Positions 1 to 8,387 of a stretch of 41,490 nucleotides of DNA are shown in pieces. Source of the DNA: Pseudomonadota bacterium (GTDB taxonomy: Bacteria; Myxococcota; Myxococcia; Myxococcales; Vulgatibacteraceae); NCBI GenBank assembly GCA_023436385.1, contig JAEZJH010000582.1:1-41490 (forward strand), read 5' to 3'. A model generated the notes under the pieces. It did not search any database, was not told the origin of the DNA, and saw only the letters and a list, made by a program, of their open reading frames with translations. Position numbers and translations under genes: made by a program. The number at the start of each line of letters is the position of its first letter. Positions within the stretch are counted from its first letter, which is position 1.

Positions 1-127
1 ACCCGCGTCGTCTCGAACGTCGCCGTGCTCACCGAGGGCTGGGACTGCCCGGCCGTCGAGGTCTGTATCCTCGCACGCCCCACGCTCTCCGTGGGCCTCT
101 ACCTGCAAATGGTCGGGCGGGTGTTGC
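1..127. repeat. Left copy of the exact 127-bp terminal direct repeat (identical to 41364-41490)
   Basis: Direct comparison of both contig ends: acccgcgtcgtctcgaacgtcgcc...ggtcgggcgggtgttgc occurs at both. Confidence 0.95.
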
Positions 128-567
128 GTCCAAGTCCCGGCAAGGCCCAGGCCCGGATCCACGACCACGCGGGCTGCATCCTGCGGCACGGGCTCCCCGA
201 CGAGGATCGCAACTACTCGCTCGACGCGGACGTGCGCTCGCCTGCGGCGAAGGAGAAGGCGCCCGGGGTGCGCCGCTGCAAGGCGTGCCTCGCCGTCTAC
301 GCGAGCGACCTCCCGGCCTGCCCGGTGTGTGGGGTCGCGCCTGTCGTGAAGCAGAGACGGATCCAGGAGGTGGATGACGCTGCGGTGCAGGCCGTCCGCC
401 TCGAGGAGATCCGCCGGGTGGAGGCGCCGGTAGAGGTGCGGCGCCGGTATTTCGAGCAGCAGATGGAGCTGGCGAAGTCGCGTGACTACCGGCCCGGGTG
501 GGCCGCTTTCCGATACAAGGCGCGGTTCGGCGCATGGCCTCCGCGCGAGTGGGGGGTTGCGGCATGA
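1..567 (+). CDS. SF2 DEAD/DEAH-box helicase, C-terminal part (continues from 40530..41363 across the circular junction)
   Basis: TEGWDCP and QMVGRVLRP (helicase motifs V/VI) plus a C-terminal CxxC...CxxC zinc ribbon (CKACLAVYASDLPACPVCG). Same frame as the ORF left open at the right contig end once the 127-bp overlap is removed. Stop TGA at 565-567. Confidence 0.9.
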   Translation, partial: TRVVSNVAVLTEGWDCPAVEVCILARPTLSVGLYLQMVGRVLRPSPGKAQARIHDHAGCILRHGLPDEDRNYSLDADVRSPAAKEKAPGVRRCKACLAVYASDLPACPVCGVAPVVKQRRIQEVDDAAVQAVRLEEIRRVEAPVEVRRRYFEQQMELAKSRDYRPGWAAFRYKARFGAWPPREWGVAA

Positions 568-992
568 GTCGAGTTTCCGTTGATGAGTTCAACGAGGCGA
601 TGGCGGCGTCCGCGAGCCCGGGTGATCGGGTGGTATCGCTTCCCATGCCCAACCCGACCCCCGCGCGCGAGCCGCGCTGGCAGTCGCGGGACCTGTGGTG
701 CGAGCGGACCGATCGGTGTCTCTCCGTCGCGGAGCGCTCGAGCTGGGCGGGCCTGTCGTGCCTCGAGTGCCCCCTCTACGGCCAGGGCCAGGCCGCCCAC
801 GACGCGCGCCTCGAGGCCGAGACGCGCGGCCCCGGCCCGCTCGCCGGGATCCCCGAGGAGCCGCGCTACCAGGGGCTCAAGGCGTTCGACCGGATGCTGG
901 GGAAGATCCTCCGCAAGCGCGGTGGGGTGGGAATGGCGCAGGTGATCAACCTCGAGTGCCAGGTGGCGGCGGCGAGGAGGGGGAGGGAGTGA
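564..992 (+). CDS. Hypothetical protein with a 4-Cys domain (WCxRxDxCL...WxGLSCxxC)
   Basis: ATG at 564 overlaps the helicase stop (ATGA). High GC3. The Cys motif is paralogous to the C-terminus of the 39820..40533 product. Confidence 0.6.
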   Translation: MSRVSVDEFNEAMAASASPGDRVVSLPMPNPTPAREPRWQSRDLWCERTDRCLSVAERSSWAGLSCLECPLYGQGQAAHDARLEAETRGPGPLAGIPEEPRYQGLKAFDRMLGKILRKRGGVGMAQVINLECQVAAARRGRE

Positions 993-1324
993 CCCGCCCC
1001 AAATCCGAAGCCACCATCCTCCGCGAAGTCCTCCTCGCCGTCGGCTCCCGGCCCGACTGTCTCGCCATTCGCCGTTCGGTGGGCACCGCCCGCGACCCGC
1101 TCACCGGCCAGGTGTTGCGCTTCGGGCTCGAGGGCGAGGCGGATATCGAGGCGATCGTGCGAGGCGGGCGCGTCGTCTTCCTCGAGTGCAAATCCGCGAC
1201 CGGCACCCAGCGCCCGGCCCAGCGCGCGTTCCAGGCCCGCGTCGAATCCCTGGGCGCCGCCTACCGGATCGTCCGGTCGGCAGAGGAAGCCATCCAGGCC
1301 GTCGAGGAGGTCATCGCTTGCTAG
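989..1324 (+). CDS. VRR-NUC domain nuclease
   Basis: GTG at 989 overlaps the upstream stop (GTGA) and follows GAGGAGGGGGAGGGA. EADIEAIV...VVFLECKSATGTQRPAQRAF matches the VRR-NUC D..E.K core as I recall it. Confidence 0.7.
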   Translation: MTRPKSEATILREVLLAVGSRPDCLAIRRSVGTARDPLTGQVLRFGLEGEADIEAIVRGGRVVFLECKSATGTQRPAQRAFQARVESLGAAYRIVRSAEEAIQAVEEVIAC

Positions 1325-3447
1325 CCATCACCATCGGCGCCGGGCGGCGCAATCCGCGCGGCCGGCGCCTCCCCCTCGAGCCACAGGTGCCGCCCGCCCG
1401 CGCCCTGGCGGAAGCGCTAGCGAGGCAGCCCGCGAGCAAAGAGGCGTGGTGGAGCCCGCATCTGTGGCAGGGCGAGCACCGCAAGCAGGACGGGTGGGAG
1501 GGCGCGTCGGCCATCGCCATCGACCTCGACTACCACGACGCCGCCGGGACGCATACGGAACCGCCCGCCGAATCAGTCAGGGCGCTGCAAACCCTCGCGG
1601 CCACCGGAGCCCTGCCCGGCTCCCTGCTGCATCTGACGCCCCGCGGGGCGCGGCTGGTGTTCTGCCTGCCAGACCTCGCCGCCGACCGCGAGCGGTGGGA
1701 GGGCGCGGCGCGGGAGGCCGGTAGGCGGGTGGCCGCGGCGATCGGCAGCGCCTCCGGCTACCGGGTGGATCCGGCGGTTCTGGTCGATACGGCGCGCTTC
1801 CTCTACTCGCCCCGGGCCAAGGTGGATGGGAAGGCCAGAGACGCCGCGGTCCAGGTGCTGCGCGACGAGCCCTACACGCTCGAGGAGCTCCAGCCGGCCG
1901 ACACCGAGCCCCCCGCGCCGCCCCAGCCGAAGCCGGTAGCCGTATCCCTCGAGGATGCCATCCAGCGCTACAACGCCGACCACGCGCGCGAGTGGCCGAA
2001 GTCGGACGGGGACTGCCCGGCCTGCGGTCACAGGCGGTGTTTCGCGCGGCTCCCATCCGATCCATCTCGCTGGGTCTGCTTCTCGTCTTCCCACTCGCAG
2101 CCCGGCATCCAGGCCAACAACTGCCACCACGGGGACGCGCTCGACCTGGACGCCTACACCCAGTCCCTCAAGCCCGCCGAGCTGCTGCGCCGAGAGGGCT
2201 ACCTCCCCGCCGCACGGCTCGCCCCCGCGCCTCCGGCCGAGGCTGGAACCGCTGTCGGAACCGAATCCGCGACCCAAGACCCCGCCCCGCTCACCTACGG
2301 CAAGGGCTACGCCACCGTCGTTCAGATCCTCCGGCACGACTCCCGGGTGATCCCCGAACCCCTCGAGTGGAACGAGATGCTGTGCTCGCCCACCATCGGC
2401 GGCGTCCCGGTGGAGGACTCGACAGTGGGCGTCATCCGCGAGCGGATCGAGTGCTACTGCCGGGATTCCAAGGGCAAGCCGCTCCGGCCGTCCGCGGCCG
2501 ACATCACGATGGCCATCGACCAGGTGGCCCAGGAGCACCGCTACCACCCCGTGGCCGAGTACCTCCGGTCCCTCCGTTGGGACGGGCTCGAGCGGATCTC
2601 GCTCGTCGCGCCGGACGTGCTGGGGGTCAAAGACTCCGAACTCGCCCAGTTCATCCTGCGCCGCTGGTTCATCAGCGCCGTAGCCCGCCCGCTCGACCCG
2701 GGCTGCAAGGTCGATACGGTGTTGATCCTCAAGGGCTCCCAGGGCGCGCTCAAGTCCACCTTCTTCGCCACCCTCGCCGGGCCGGATTGGTTCGCGGACA
2801 CGGCGATCGACATCGGCAACAAGGACGCCCTGCTGATCCTCCGGCGCGTCTGGATCCTCGAGTGGGCCGAGCTCGAGGCGATGTCCCGAGCCCGGGACGC
2901 GGGCGCCGTCAAGGCGTTCCTCTCCTCCCGCTCCGACACCTACCGGCCGCCGTTCGGGCGCCGGGTCGTGGACGCCAAGCGGCACTGCGTCATCGTCGGC
3001 TCGACCAACGAGGACGATATCCTCTCCGACTCCACCGGGAACCGGCGCTACTGGGTCCTCCCCGTGCCGGGCCGCATCGACACCGCCGCGCTCGCACGCT
3101 GGCGCGACCAGCTATGGGCGGAAGCCGTCCACCTTTACCGAAGCGGCGAGCGCTGGTGGCTGACGCCAGACGAGGAGGCGGTCATGGAGGAGGCCCAGGC
3201 GCACTACCTGCGCTCCGATCCGTGGGAGGAACTGATCGGCGCGTGGCTTTCCAGGCGCGACCACTTCACCCCCCTCACCACCTCCGAGGTGCTGGACAAG
3301 GCCCTCCGCAAGCCCGAGGGGCAGTGGACCTCGGCCGACCAGCGCCGGGTCGCCAGCGTCCTCCGGGCTCTAGGGTACGAGTCCCGCACCGAGCGGGACG
3401 CCGGTGGAGGCCGGGCGCGCTGCTGGATCCGCAGGGCCACGGGCTGA
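1318..3447 (+). CDS. Bifunctional primase-polymerase / VirE (D5-like) NTPase replication protein
   Basis: TTG at 1318 lies 8 nt after GAGGAGG (alternative start GTG 1387). AIAIDLDYHD is a prim-pol acidic motif; CPACGHRRCF is a zinc finger; ILKGSQGALKSTF is a Walker A; WILEWAELE and GSTNEDDILSDSTGNRRYWVLPV are typical of VirE/D5 C-terminal NTPases. Confidence 0.8.
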   Translation: MLAITIGAGRRNPRGRRLPLEPQVPPARALAEALARQPASKEAWWSPHLWQGEHRKQDGWEGASAIAIDLDYHDAAGTHTEPPAESVRALQTLAATGALPGSLLHLTPRGARLVFCLPDLAADRERWEGAAREAGRRVAAAIGSASGYRVDPAVLVDTARFLYSPRAKVDGKARDAAVQVLRDEPYTLEELQPADTEPPAPPQPKPVAVSLEDAIQRYNADHAREWPKSDGDCPACGHRRCFARLPSDPSRWVCFSSSHSQPGIQANNCHHGDALDLDAYTQSLKPAELLRREGYLPAARLAPAPPAEAGTAVGTESATQDPAPLTYGKGYATVVQILRHDSRVIPEPLEWNEMLCSPTIGGVPVEDSTVGVIRERIECYCRDSKGKPLRPSAADITMAIDQVAQEHRYHPVAEYLRSLRWDGLERISLVAPDVLGVKDSELAQFILRRWFISAVARPLDPGCKVDTVLILKGSQGALKSTFFATLAGPDWFADTAIDIGNKDALLILRRVWILEWAELEAMSRARDAGAVKAFLSSRSDTYRPPFGRRVVDAKRHCVIVGSTNEDDILSDSTGNRRYWVLPVPGRIDTAALARWRDQLWAEAVHLYRSGERWWLTPDEEAVMEEAQAHYLRSDPWEELIGAWLSRRDHFTPLTTSEVLDKALRKPEGQWTSADQRRVASVLRALGYESRTERDAGGGRARCWIRRATG

Positions 3448-3731
3448 CACGGATGCACGGATGTGACACGGATGCCGAGCGACCATCCGTGTCAGGCTTT
3501 TCCATTGTGTTTTCATTGGCTTGGACGATTCTGACACGGATACACAGATGATCCTACCTATGGAGGAGAATATGAAGAGGAGAGGGGGGAGGTACGCACG
3601 CGTTAAGCGCGTAGAGGGCACTTTCATCCGTGTATCCGTGTCAGAAGCCGCCAAGCCATCGATATCTCTTGTCATTCCGCGACACGGATGCCCCTCGACC
3701 ATCCGTGTCGCATCCGTGTCTATCCGTGTCA
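3445..3731. repeat. Iteron-like array of about 11 copies of tGACACGGATgc in both orientations around a low-GC, purine-rich core; candidate origin of replication
   Basis: Forward copies at 3445, (3456 partial), 3464, 3532, 3680. Inverted copies at 3484, 3625, 3635, 3699, 3711, 3721. The low-GC stretch 3495-3530 and the polypurine run 3562-3592 lie between the copy clusters. No credible ORF. Confidence 0.6.
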
Positions 3732-3741
3732 GGAGCCCCCG

Positions 3742-4140
3742 ATGCGCGTGACCATACGCCCGGACGGGGCGCGGACGTTCCCCTCCGTCGAGTCGGCGCT
3801 GCTGTTCGCGCTTTCCTTCTCGCCCTCGAGAGGCATCGACTACGCGGGCGTCTCCCTGCGCGACAACGGCCACCAGCAGCGCGAGCTGCTCGAGCTACGG
3901 GGGCGCGTGCTGGCGTGCCTCTCTGGCCTGCCTGCCCCCATCCGCCAGGCCCTCTGCGACCGCACCACGGGGCACTCCTTGGCCCACTGCGCCCGGGTCG
4001 CGCGCGTGCGCGCCTGCCACGTCGGCGCCGTCCTGGCCGATGCGCGGGCCACGCTCGCCTATCGGATGCGGCTGGCCGGGCTGCTGCCCCCCGCTTGGGG
4101 TTATCTCGAGGCGCCATCGAACCCGGTGTCCGAGGATTGA
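3742..4140 (+). CDS. Small DNA-binding regulator, sigma-70 region-4-like HTH (possible late-gene regulator)
   Basis: ATG at 3742 lies 6 nt after AGGAG. LSGLPAPIRQALCDRTTGHSLAHCARVARVRACHVGAVLADARATL resembles ECF-sigma region 4. Sits directly upstream of the packaging genes. Confidence 0.45.
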   Translation: MRVTIRPDGARTFPSVESALLFALSFSPSRGIDYAGVSLRDNGHQQRELLELRGRVLACLSGLPAPIRQALCDRTTGHSLAHCARVARVRACHVGAVLADARATLAYRMRLAGLLPPAWGYLEAPSNPVSED

Positions 4141-4367
4141 CGGGAACGACCGGCTGGGGTATGGACAGGATCGTTGATTCGTGCGCCCGGGGCCGAGAGG
4201 CTGCCGGGCGCGGTCGTTCCTAGGGGCCAGCGTCACCGCCCCACCGCCGGCTCCAGCCGGCACCTCCCGCCGCACACCTCGCCAGGACCCAGCCACACGC
4301 CACCGCCCCGCCTCGCGCGCGGCTCCCTCCCCCGAGGCCGGGGCGGGCGCGGTGGGGTGATGGAGCC

Positions 4368-4802
4368 ATGATGCCCACCGCCGCCCCGCGCGTGTGCTCG
4401 TACCGCGGCTGCACGCGACTCACAGACGGCGGGTCGCGTTGCTCACTGCATCCCTACGAGCCGAGGCGGGAGCGGACGCGGCAGGACCGCCGCTACGACG
4501 CCGAGCGGGGCAGCGCGAGCGAGCGCGGGTACGACGGTGCGTGGCAGCGACTACGGGCTGTCGTCCTGGCCGAGGAGCCGCTGTGTCGCGCGTGTCGGAG
4601 TCGAGGACGACGGACGCCGGCCACAGAGGTCGACCACATCGAGCCGATCGCCAGCGCACCCGCAAGGCGGCTGGACCGGGCCAACCTCCAGGCGCTGTGT
4701 CACGCCTGCCACATAAGCAAGACCCATGCCGAGCGTGCTGCGCAAGGTTTGCGGGAGGCGCAAAAGCTGCGCGCGACCCGGCCCAGAGGGGGGGGCGGCT
4801 GA
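4368..4802 (+). CDS. HNH endonuclease (packaging-associated)
   Basis: EVDHIEPI...NLQALCHACHISKT HNH core with an N-terminal Cys cluster. Classic position in front of terS/terL. Confidence 0.9.
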   Translation: MMPTAAPRVCSYRGCTRLTDGGSRCSLHPYEPRRERTRQDRRYDAERGSASERGYDGAWQRLRAVVLAEEPLCRACRSRGRRTPATEVDHIEPIASAPARRLDRANLQALCHACHISKTHAERAAQGLREAQKLRATRPRGGGG

Positions 4803-4924
4803 AAGGCTGGGGTGGGGCAGAACTGACCGCGCGGGTGAATTCGACTCGGATACGTGGCAGTCCGGCCGCAAATTTTGCGGTTGATGCTGCTCATGGCGCA
4901 AGTCCTGCGCATATGGTGACGTGA

Positions 4925-5404
4925 ATGGGCAAGCGCGGACCGCACCCTCTGCCACGCGACGTCAAGCTCGAGCGCGGCACGTTCCGCTCCTCCCGCGAAC
5001 GCGACGGCGCGGCGCCACCGCCTGCTGGCGACGTTCCACCGCCGGCCGCGCTGTCGGGTCGAGCGCTGGCGATCTTCGGCGAGTTGGTCGAGGAGATGCG
5101 TGACGCCGGCACGCTCTCCCGCGCCTACCGGCGGACCATCGCGCACCTGGCGCGGATCGAGGACCGGGCCGAGAGCATCCGCGAGGAGATGGCCGGGCAG
5201 GAGCTTATCCGCGAAGTCGAGAACACGAACGGCGTGCTGGTCCCCAAGACCAACCCGTGGCTCGCGCAGCTCCTGGAGCACGAGAAGGAAGCTCGCCTGC
5301 TCTACGACGTGTTGGGTCTAACCCCGCGCGGCATCGTCCGCGCTCCGAAGACGCGCAAGGCCGAGACCGCCGCCGCCAATCCGTTCGCCGCGTTCGCGGT
5401 GTGA
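4925..5404 (+). CDS. terS: Terminase small subunit (P27-like)
   Basis: The N-terminal GKRGPHPLP...KLERGT and TNPWLAQLLEHEKEARLLYDVLGLTP match the P27-family small terminase pattern. Position between HNH and terL. Confidence 0.8.
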   Translation: MGKRGPHPLPRDVKLERGTFRSSRERDGAAPPPAGDVPPPAALSGRALAIFGELVEEMRDAGTLSRAYRRTIAHLARIEDRAESIREEMAGQELIREVENTNGVLVPKTNPWLAQLLEHEKEARLLYDVLGLTPRGIVRAPKTRKAETAAANPFAAFAV

Positions 5405-5408
5405 GAGT

Positions 5409-7052
5409 GTGAGAGACTACGCAGCCATCGCCACGCAGTATGCGCGCGACGTGGTGGAGGGGAAGATCCTCACCGGCCAGTTGGTCCGCGCCGCGTGCCA
5501 GCGCCACCTAGACGACCTCGAGCGCGGCGTCTTCATGTTCGACGCATCCAGGGCCGCGCGGGTCTGTTCGTTCATCGAGGCGTGCCCGCACGTCAAGGGC
5601 GAGTGGGCGAAGCGCCGGGAGCTGATCAAGCTCGAGCCCTGGCAGGTCTTCGGGTGGGCGTCGGTGTTTGGCTGGGTGCGGGCAGACGGAACGCGCCGCT
5701 TCCGCCGCGTCTACTGGGAGGTGCCGCGCAAGAACGCCAAGAGCACGATGGCGTCTAGTGTCGGGCTCTACTGCGCGAGCGCGGACGGGGAAGAAGGCGC
5801 CGAGGTGTACTGCGGCGCAACCACCGAGCAGCAGGCGTGGGAGGTGTTCCGGCCCGCGAAGCAAATGGTGGAACGCACCGCGGCGATGCGCGAGGCGCTT
5901 GGCCTGGAGGCGTTCGCGGCGTCCATCCGCCAGGACCGCACCGGCTCCCGCATGGAGCCGATCATCGGCAAGCCTGGCGACGGTGCCTCGCCGTCCTGCG
6001 CGATCGTTGACGAGTACCACGAGCACGCCGACTCGACGCTATACGACACAATGCAGACGGGCATGGGCGCGCGTCGGCAGCCGCTGCTGATCGTGATCAC
6101 GACGGCCGGCGTTGACCTCGCCGGCCCGTGCTACGCCGAGCACCTGGCGGCCCGCAAGGTATTGGAAGGCGCCGAGCAGGACGATGAGCTTTTCGCGCTG
6201 ATCTACACGCTCGACGACTCCGAGGATTGGACGACCGAGGCCGCGCTCTGGAAGGCGAATCCGAACGCCGGGGTCAGCGTTTCGATCGACTACCTGCGCT
6301 CGTCGCAGCGCGAGGCGGTTCGGAATTCGAGCAAGGCTGGGACGTTTCGGACTAAGCACCTCAACCAGTGGGTGACGGCTCGTTCGCCGTACTTCAACCT
6401 CGAGCGGTGGAAGGCCGCGCCGAGGTGTTCGCTGTCCGAACTCTCCGACTGCGAAGCCATCGTCTTTCACGACCTGGCGTCGAAGAAGGACCTTGCGGCG
6501 CGCCTGCTGGTGGCGAAGCGCGACGATGGCACGTATGCGGTCGTGCCGAAGTTCTGGCTCCCCGAGGATCTGGTCGATGAGGCGCGGCACGGCAAGTATC
6601 GCGAGTGGCGCGATGCGGGCTGGCTTGCCACCACGCCCGGCAACATCATCGACTTCGCCGCAATCGAGGACGATCTGCGCGAGGTCCGCGAGTCGGTCGG
6701 CAGGCTGGTCGAGGTCGCATACGACCCATTCCAGGCCACGCAGTTCGCGACACGGATGCAGGCCGATGGGTTCCCGATGGTCGAATACGGGGCCACGGTC
6801 AAGAACTTCTCCGAGCCGATGAAGGCGACGGACGCGCTGATCCTTGCCGGCAAGATCGCGCACGACGGCAACGAGGTGATGACGTGGTGCATGAGCAACG
6901 TCGTCGCGCGGACCGACGCGAAAGACAACGTGTTCCCGCGCAAGGAAAAGCCCGAGAACAAGATCGATGGGGCCGTGGCTCTGATTGGAGCCATTGGCCG
7001 CTGGCTCGCCCAGGTCGAAGAGGAACAGGCCGCCGCGTTCGTGCGGCTGTGA
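5409..7052 (+). CDS. terL: Terminase large subunit
   Basis: 547 aa. WQVFGWASVFGW...YWEVPRKNAKST is a Walker A-like ATPase segment; IVDEYHEH is a Walker B; the C-terminal part is nuclease-like. Layout of the Terminase_1 family. Confidence 0.9.
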   Translation: MRDYAAIATQYARDVVEGKILTGQLVRAACQRHLDDLERGVFMFDASRAARVCSFIEACPHVKGEWAKRRELIKLEPWQVFGWASVFGWVRADGTRRFRRVYWEVPRKNAKSTMASSVGLYCASADGEEGAEVYCGATTEQQAWEVFRPAKQMVERTAAMREALGLEAFAASIRQDRTGSRMEPIIGKPGDGASPSCAIVDEYHEHADSTLYDTMQTGMGARRQPLLIVITTAGVDLAGPCYAEHLAARKVLEGAEQDDELFALIYTLDDSEDWTTEAALWKANPNAGVSVSIDYLRSSQREAVRNSSKAGTFRTKHLNQWVTARSPYFNLERWKAAPRCSLSELSDCEAIVFHDLASKKDLAARLLVAKRDDGTYAVVPKFWLPEDLVDEARHGKYREWRDAGWLATTPGNIIDFAAIEDDLREVRESVGRLVEVAYDPFQATQFATRMQADGFPMVEYGATVKNFSEPMKATDALILAGKIAHDGNEVMTWCMSNVVARTDAKDNVFPRKEKPENKIDGAVALIGAIGRWLAQVEEEQAAAFVRL

Positions 7053-7059
7053 GGTTTCC

Positions 7060-7317
7060 ATGCACGTTCTGTGGGGTGTTCGGACCGAGACGACTGCTGC
7101 GGCGGCCGGGACCGCGCTCGCGGTGCCTGCCGGTAGCTACACGCTGACGGTCCGCGGCGAGCCGATCTGGATCAAGCTTGGCGCGTCCATCGCCGGGAAC
7201 GAAGGCACGTACCTCGCCGTGAACACACAATGGCTGGTCGACGTGCCCTCCGACGAGACGTGGTCGATCCGGTCGCCGGGCGCCACGGGCATCCTTGAAG
7301 TGACCCGGGTGGCGTGA
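7060..7317 (+). CDS. Hypothetical beta-rich protein (first gene of the terL-portal insert)
   Basis: ATG at 7060, 8 nt after the terL stop. High GC3. Its end overlaps the next gene's start. Confidence 0.55.
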   Translation: MHVLWGVRTETTAAAAGTALAVPAGSYTLTVRGEPIWIKLGASIAGNEGTYLAVNTQWLVDVPSDETWSIRSPGATGILEVTRVA

Positions 7318-8387
7318 TGCGTCTGGCGATGGATTTGAGGTCGATGCCGCTCCGTGCCGGCGGCTTCTCCCTCCCCCTCCGCACCTCCCTCGTCGGCAGC
7401 GATGGCAGGGTTGCCACCTTCTCCTGCGCATCGAAGGCATGGTACGAGGACGCGACCGGCCGCATCGTCGAGGTCGCCGCCGGTGTGCCCCGCCAGCGCC
7501 CGGACCTCGGGACGCTGATCGAGGAGCCGCGGACGAATCGGCTGCTGTGGTCGCGGGACCTTACGAATGCGGCGTGGGTTGCGACGAGTGCTACAGTGGT
7601 GCGCTGTCACGGGGTTGATGGGCTAGCCGGAACGGCGTCAACTGTCACCGCAACCGCCGCCAATGGTCAGTCGCTCCAGACCATTTCGGGATTGACGTCT
7701 GCGGCGCGTATCGGGTCGGCGTGGATTCGCCGCAGAACAGGCAGCGGGACCGTCTACATCACCAACGGGGCGACTGTTGAGCCGGTCGATGTGGACGGTA
7801 CTTGGCGGAGATTCTTTGTAGCGCGTGCGGCTGCGACATCATTCGTGTTTGGCGTGCGAATAGCCGTTGTTGGTGATGCGGTTGATTTCGATTTCGCCCA
7901 AGTCGAGGACGGAACCTTCCCCACCTCCCCGATCTGGACCGAGGGCACCGCCCTCGCCCGCGCCGCGGACGTGCTCCACATCTCGACCACCGGATGGCCC
8001 ATCACGGCCGGCACCGTGCGCCTGCGCTACCGTGCCATCACCGGGGCCGGTGACGATCCGTGCGTGCTTCTCGACACCCGCGCCGCCGCGCTGTCGCCCG
8101 GGTACATCCTCGAGGTGCGAGCCGGCGGCACCGTGGCGCTCGTTATCGGCGACGGCTCGACGTTCCCGCGCGTCGAGGCGGCACACGGAGGCTTCGAGCC
8201 TGGCCGGCTCATCGAGGCGCGGTGGGGCGTTGGATCCGGGCGGATGACGGTCGGAGCGACCACCGCATCCGGCGCGCTGATCTCCCCAACCGGAAGCGCC
8301 GCGATCGGCTACCTGGGCCGGCGCGTTGATGGCGTGGCTGACGTGTACGCCAACGGATGGATTGCGGACCTGGAGGTTGCGGCGTGA
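7314..8387 (+). CDS. Hypothetical protein with a tail-fibre/lectin-like (ConA/LamG-type) signature
   Basis: 357 aa. NRLLWSRDLTNAAWVATSATV followed by a long beta-strand-like region resembles the N-L-L-x-x-S-E-x-F-x-x-x-x-W start of jelly-roll fibre/receptor-binding domains. Start overlaps the upstream stop. Confidence 0.5.
   Translation: MMRLAMDLRSMPLRAGGFSLPLRTSLVGSDGRVATFSCASKAWYEDATGRIVEVAAGVPRQRPDLGTLIEEPRTNRLLWSRDLTNAAWVATSATVVRCHGVDGLAGTASTVTATAANGQSLQTISGLTSAARIGSAWIRRRTGSGTVYITNGATVEPVDVDGTWRRFFVARAAATSFVFGVRIAVVGDAVDFDFAQVEDGTFPTSPIWTEGTALARAADVLHISTTGWPITAGTVRLRYRAITGAGDDPCVLLDTRAAALSPGYILEVRAGGTVALVIGDGSTFPRVEAAHGGFEPGRLIEARWGVGSGRMTVGATTASGALISPTGSAAIGYLGRRVDGVADVYANGWIADLEVAA

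Noticed and set aside
1-127. The terminal repeats as LTRs or IS inverted repeats of an inserted element.
   Set aside because: They are direct, lie inside a helicase reading frame that closes perfectly across them, and the length equals a common assembler k-mer. This is circularisation overlap, not an element boundary.
3445-3731. Could the short repeats be a CRISPR array?
   Set aside because: The repeats are only 9-12 nt, occur in both orientations and have irregular spacing (0-130 nt). There are no cas genes. Iteron or operator-type binding sites fit better.
3521-3751. 76-aa plus-strand ORF (MDDSDTDTQMILPMEENMKRRGG...) and the antisense 3370..3873 ORF in the iteron region.
   Set aside because: Their reading frames are made up of the repeat units themselves (RVSVS / DTDT repeats). 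They have atypical codon usage and no RBS.
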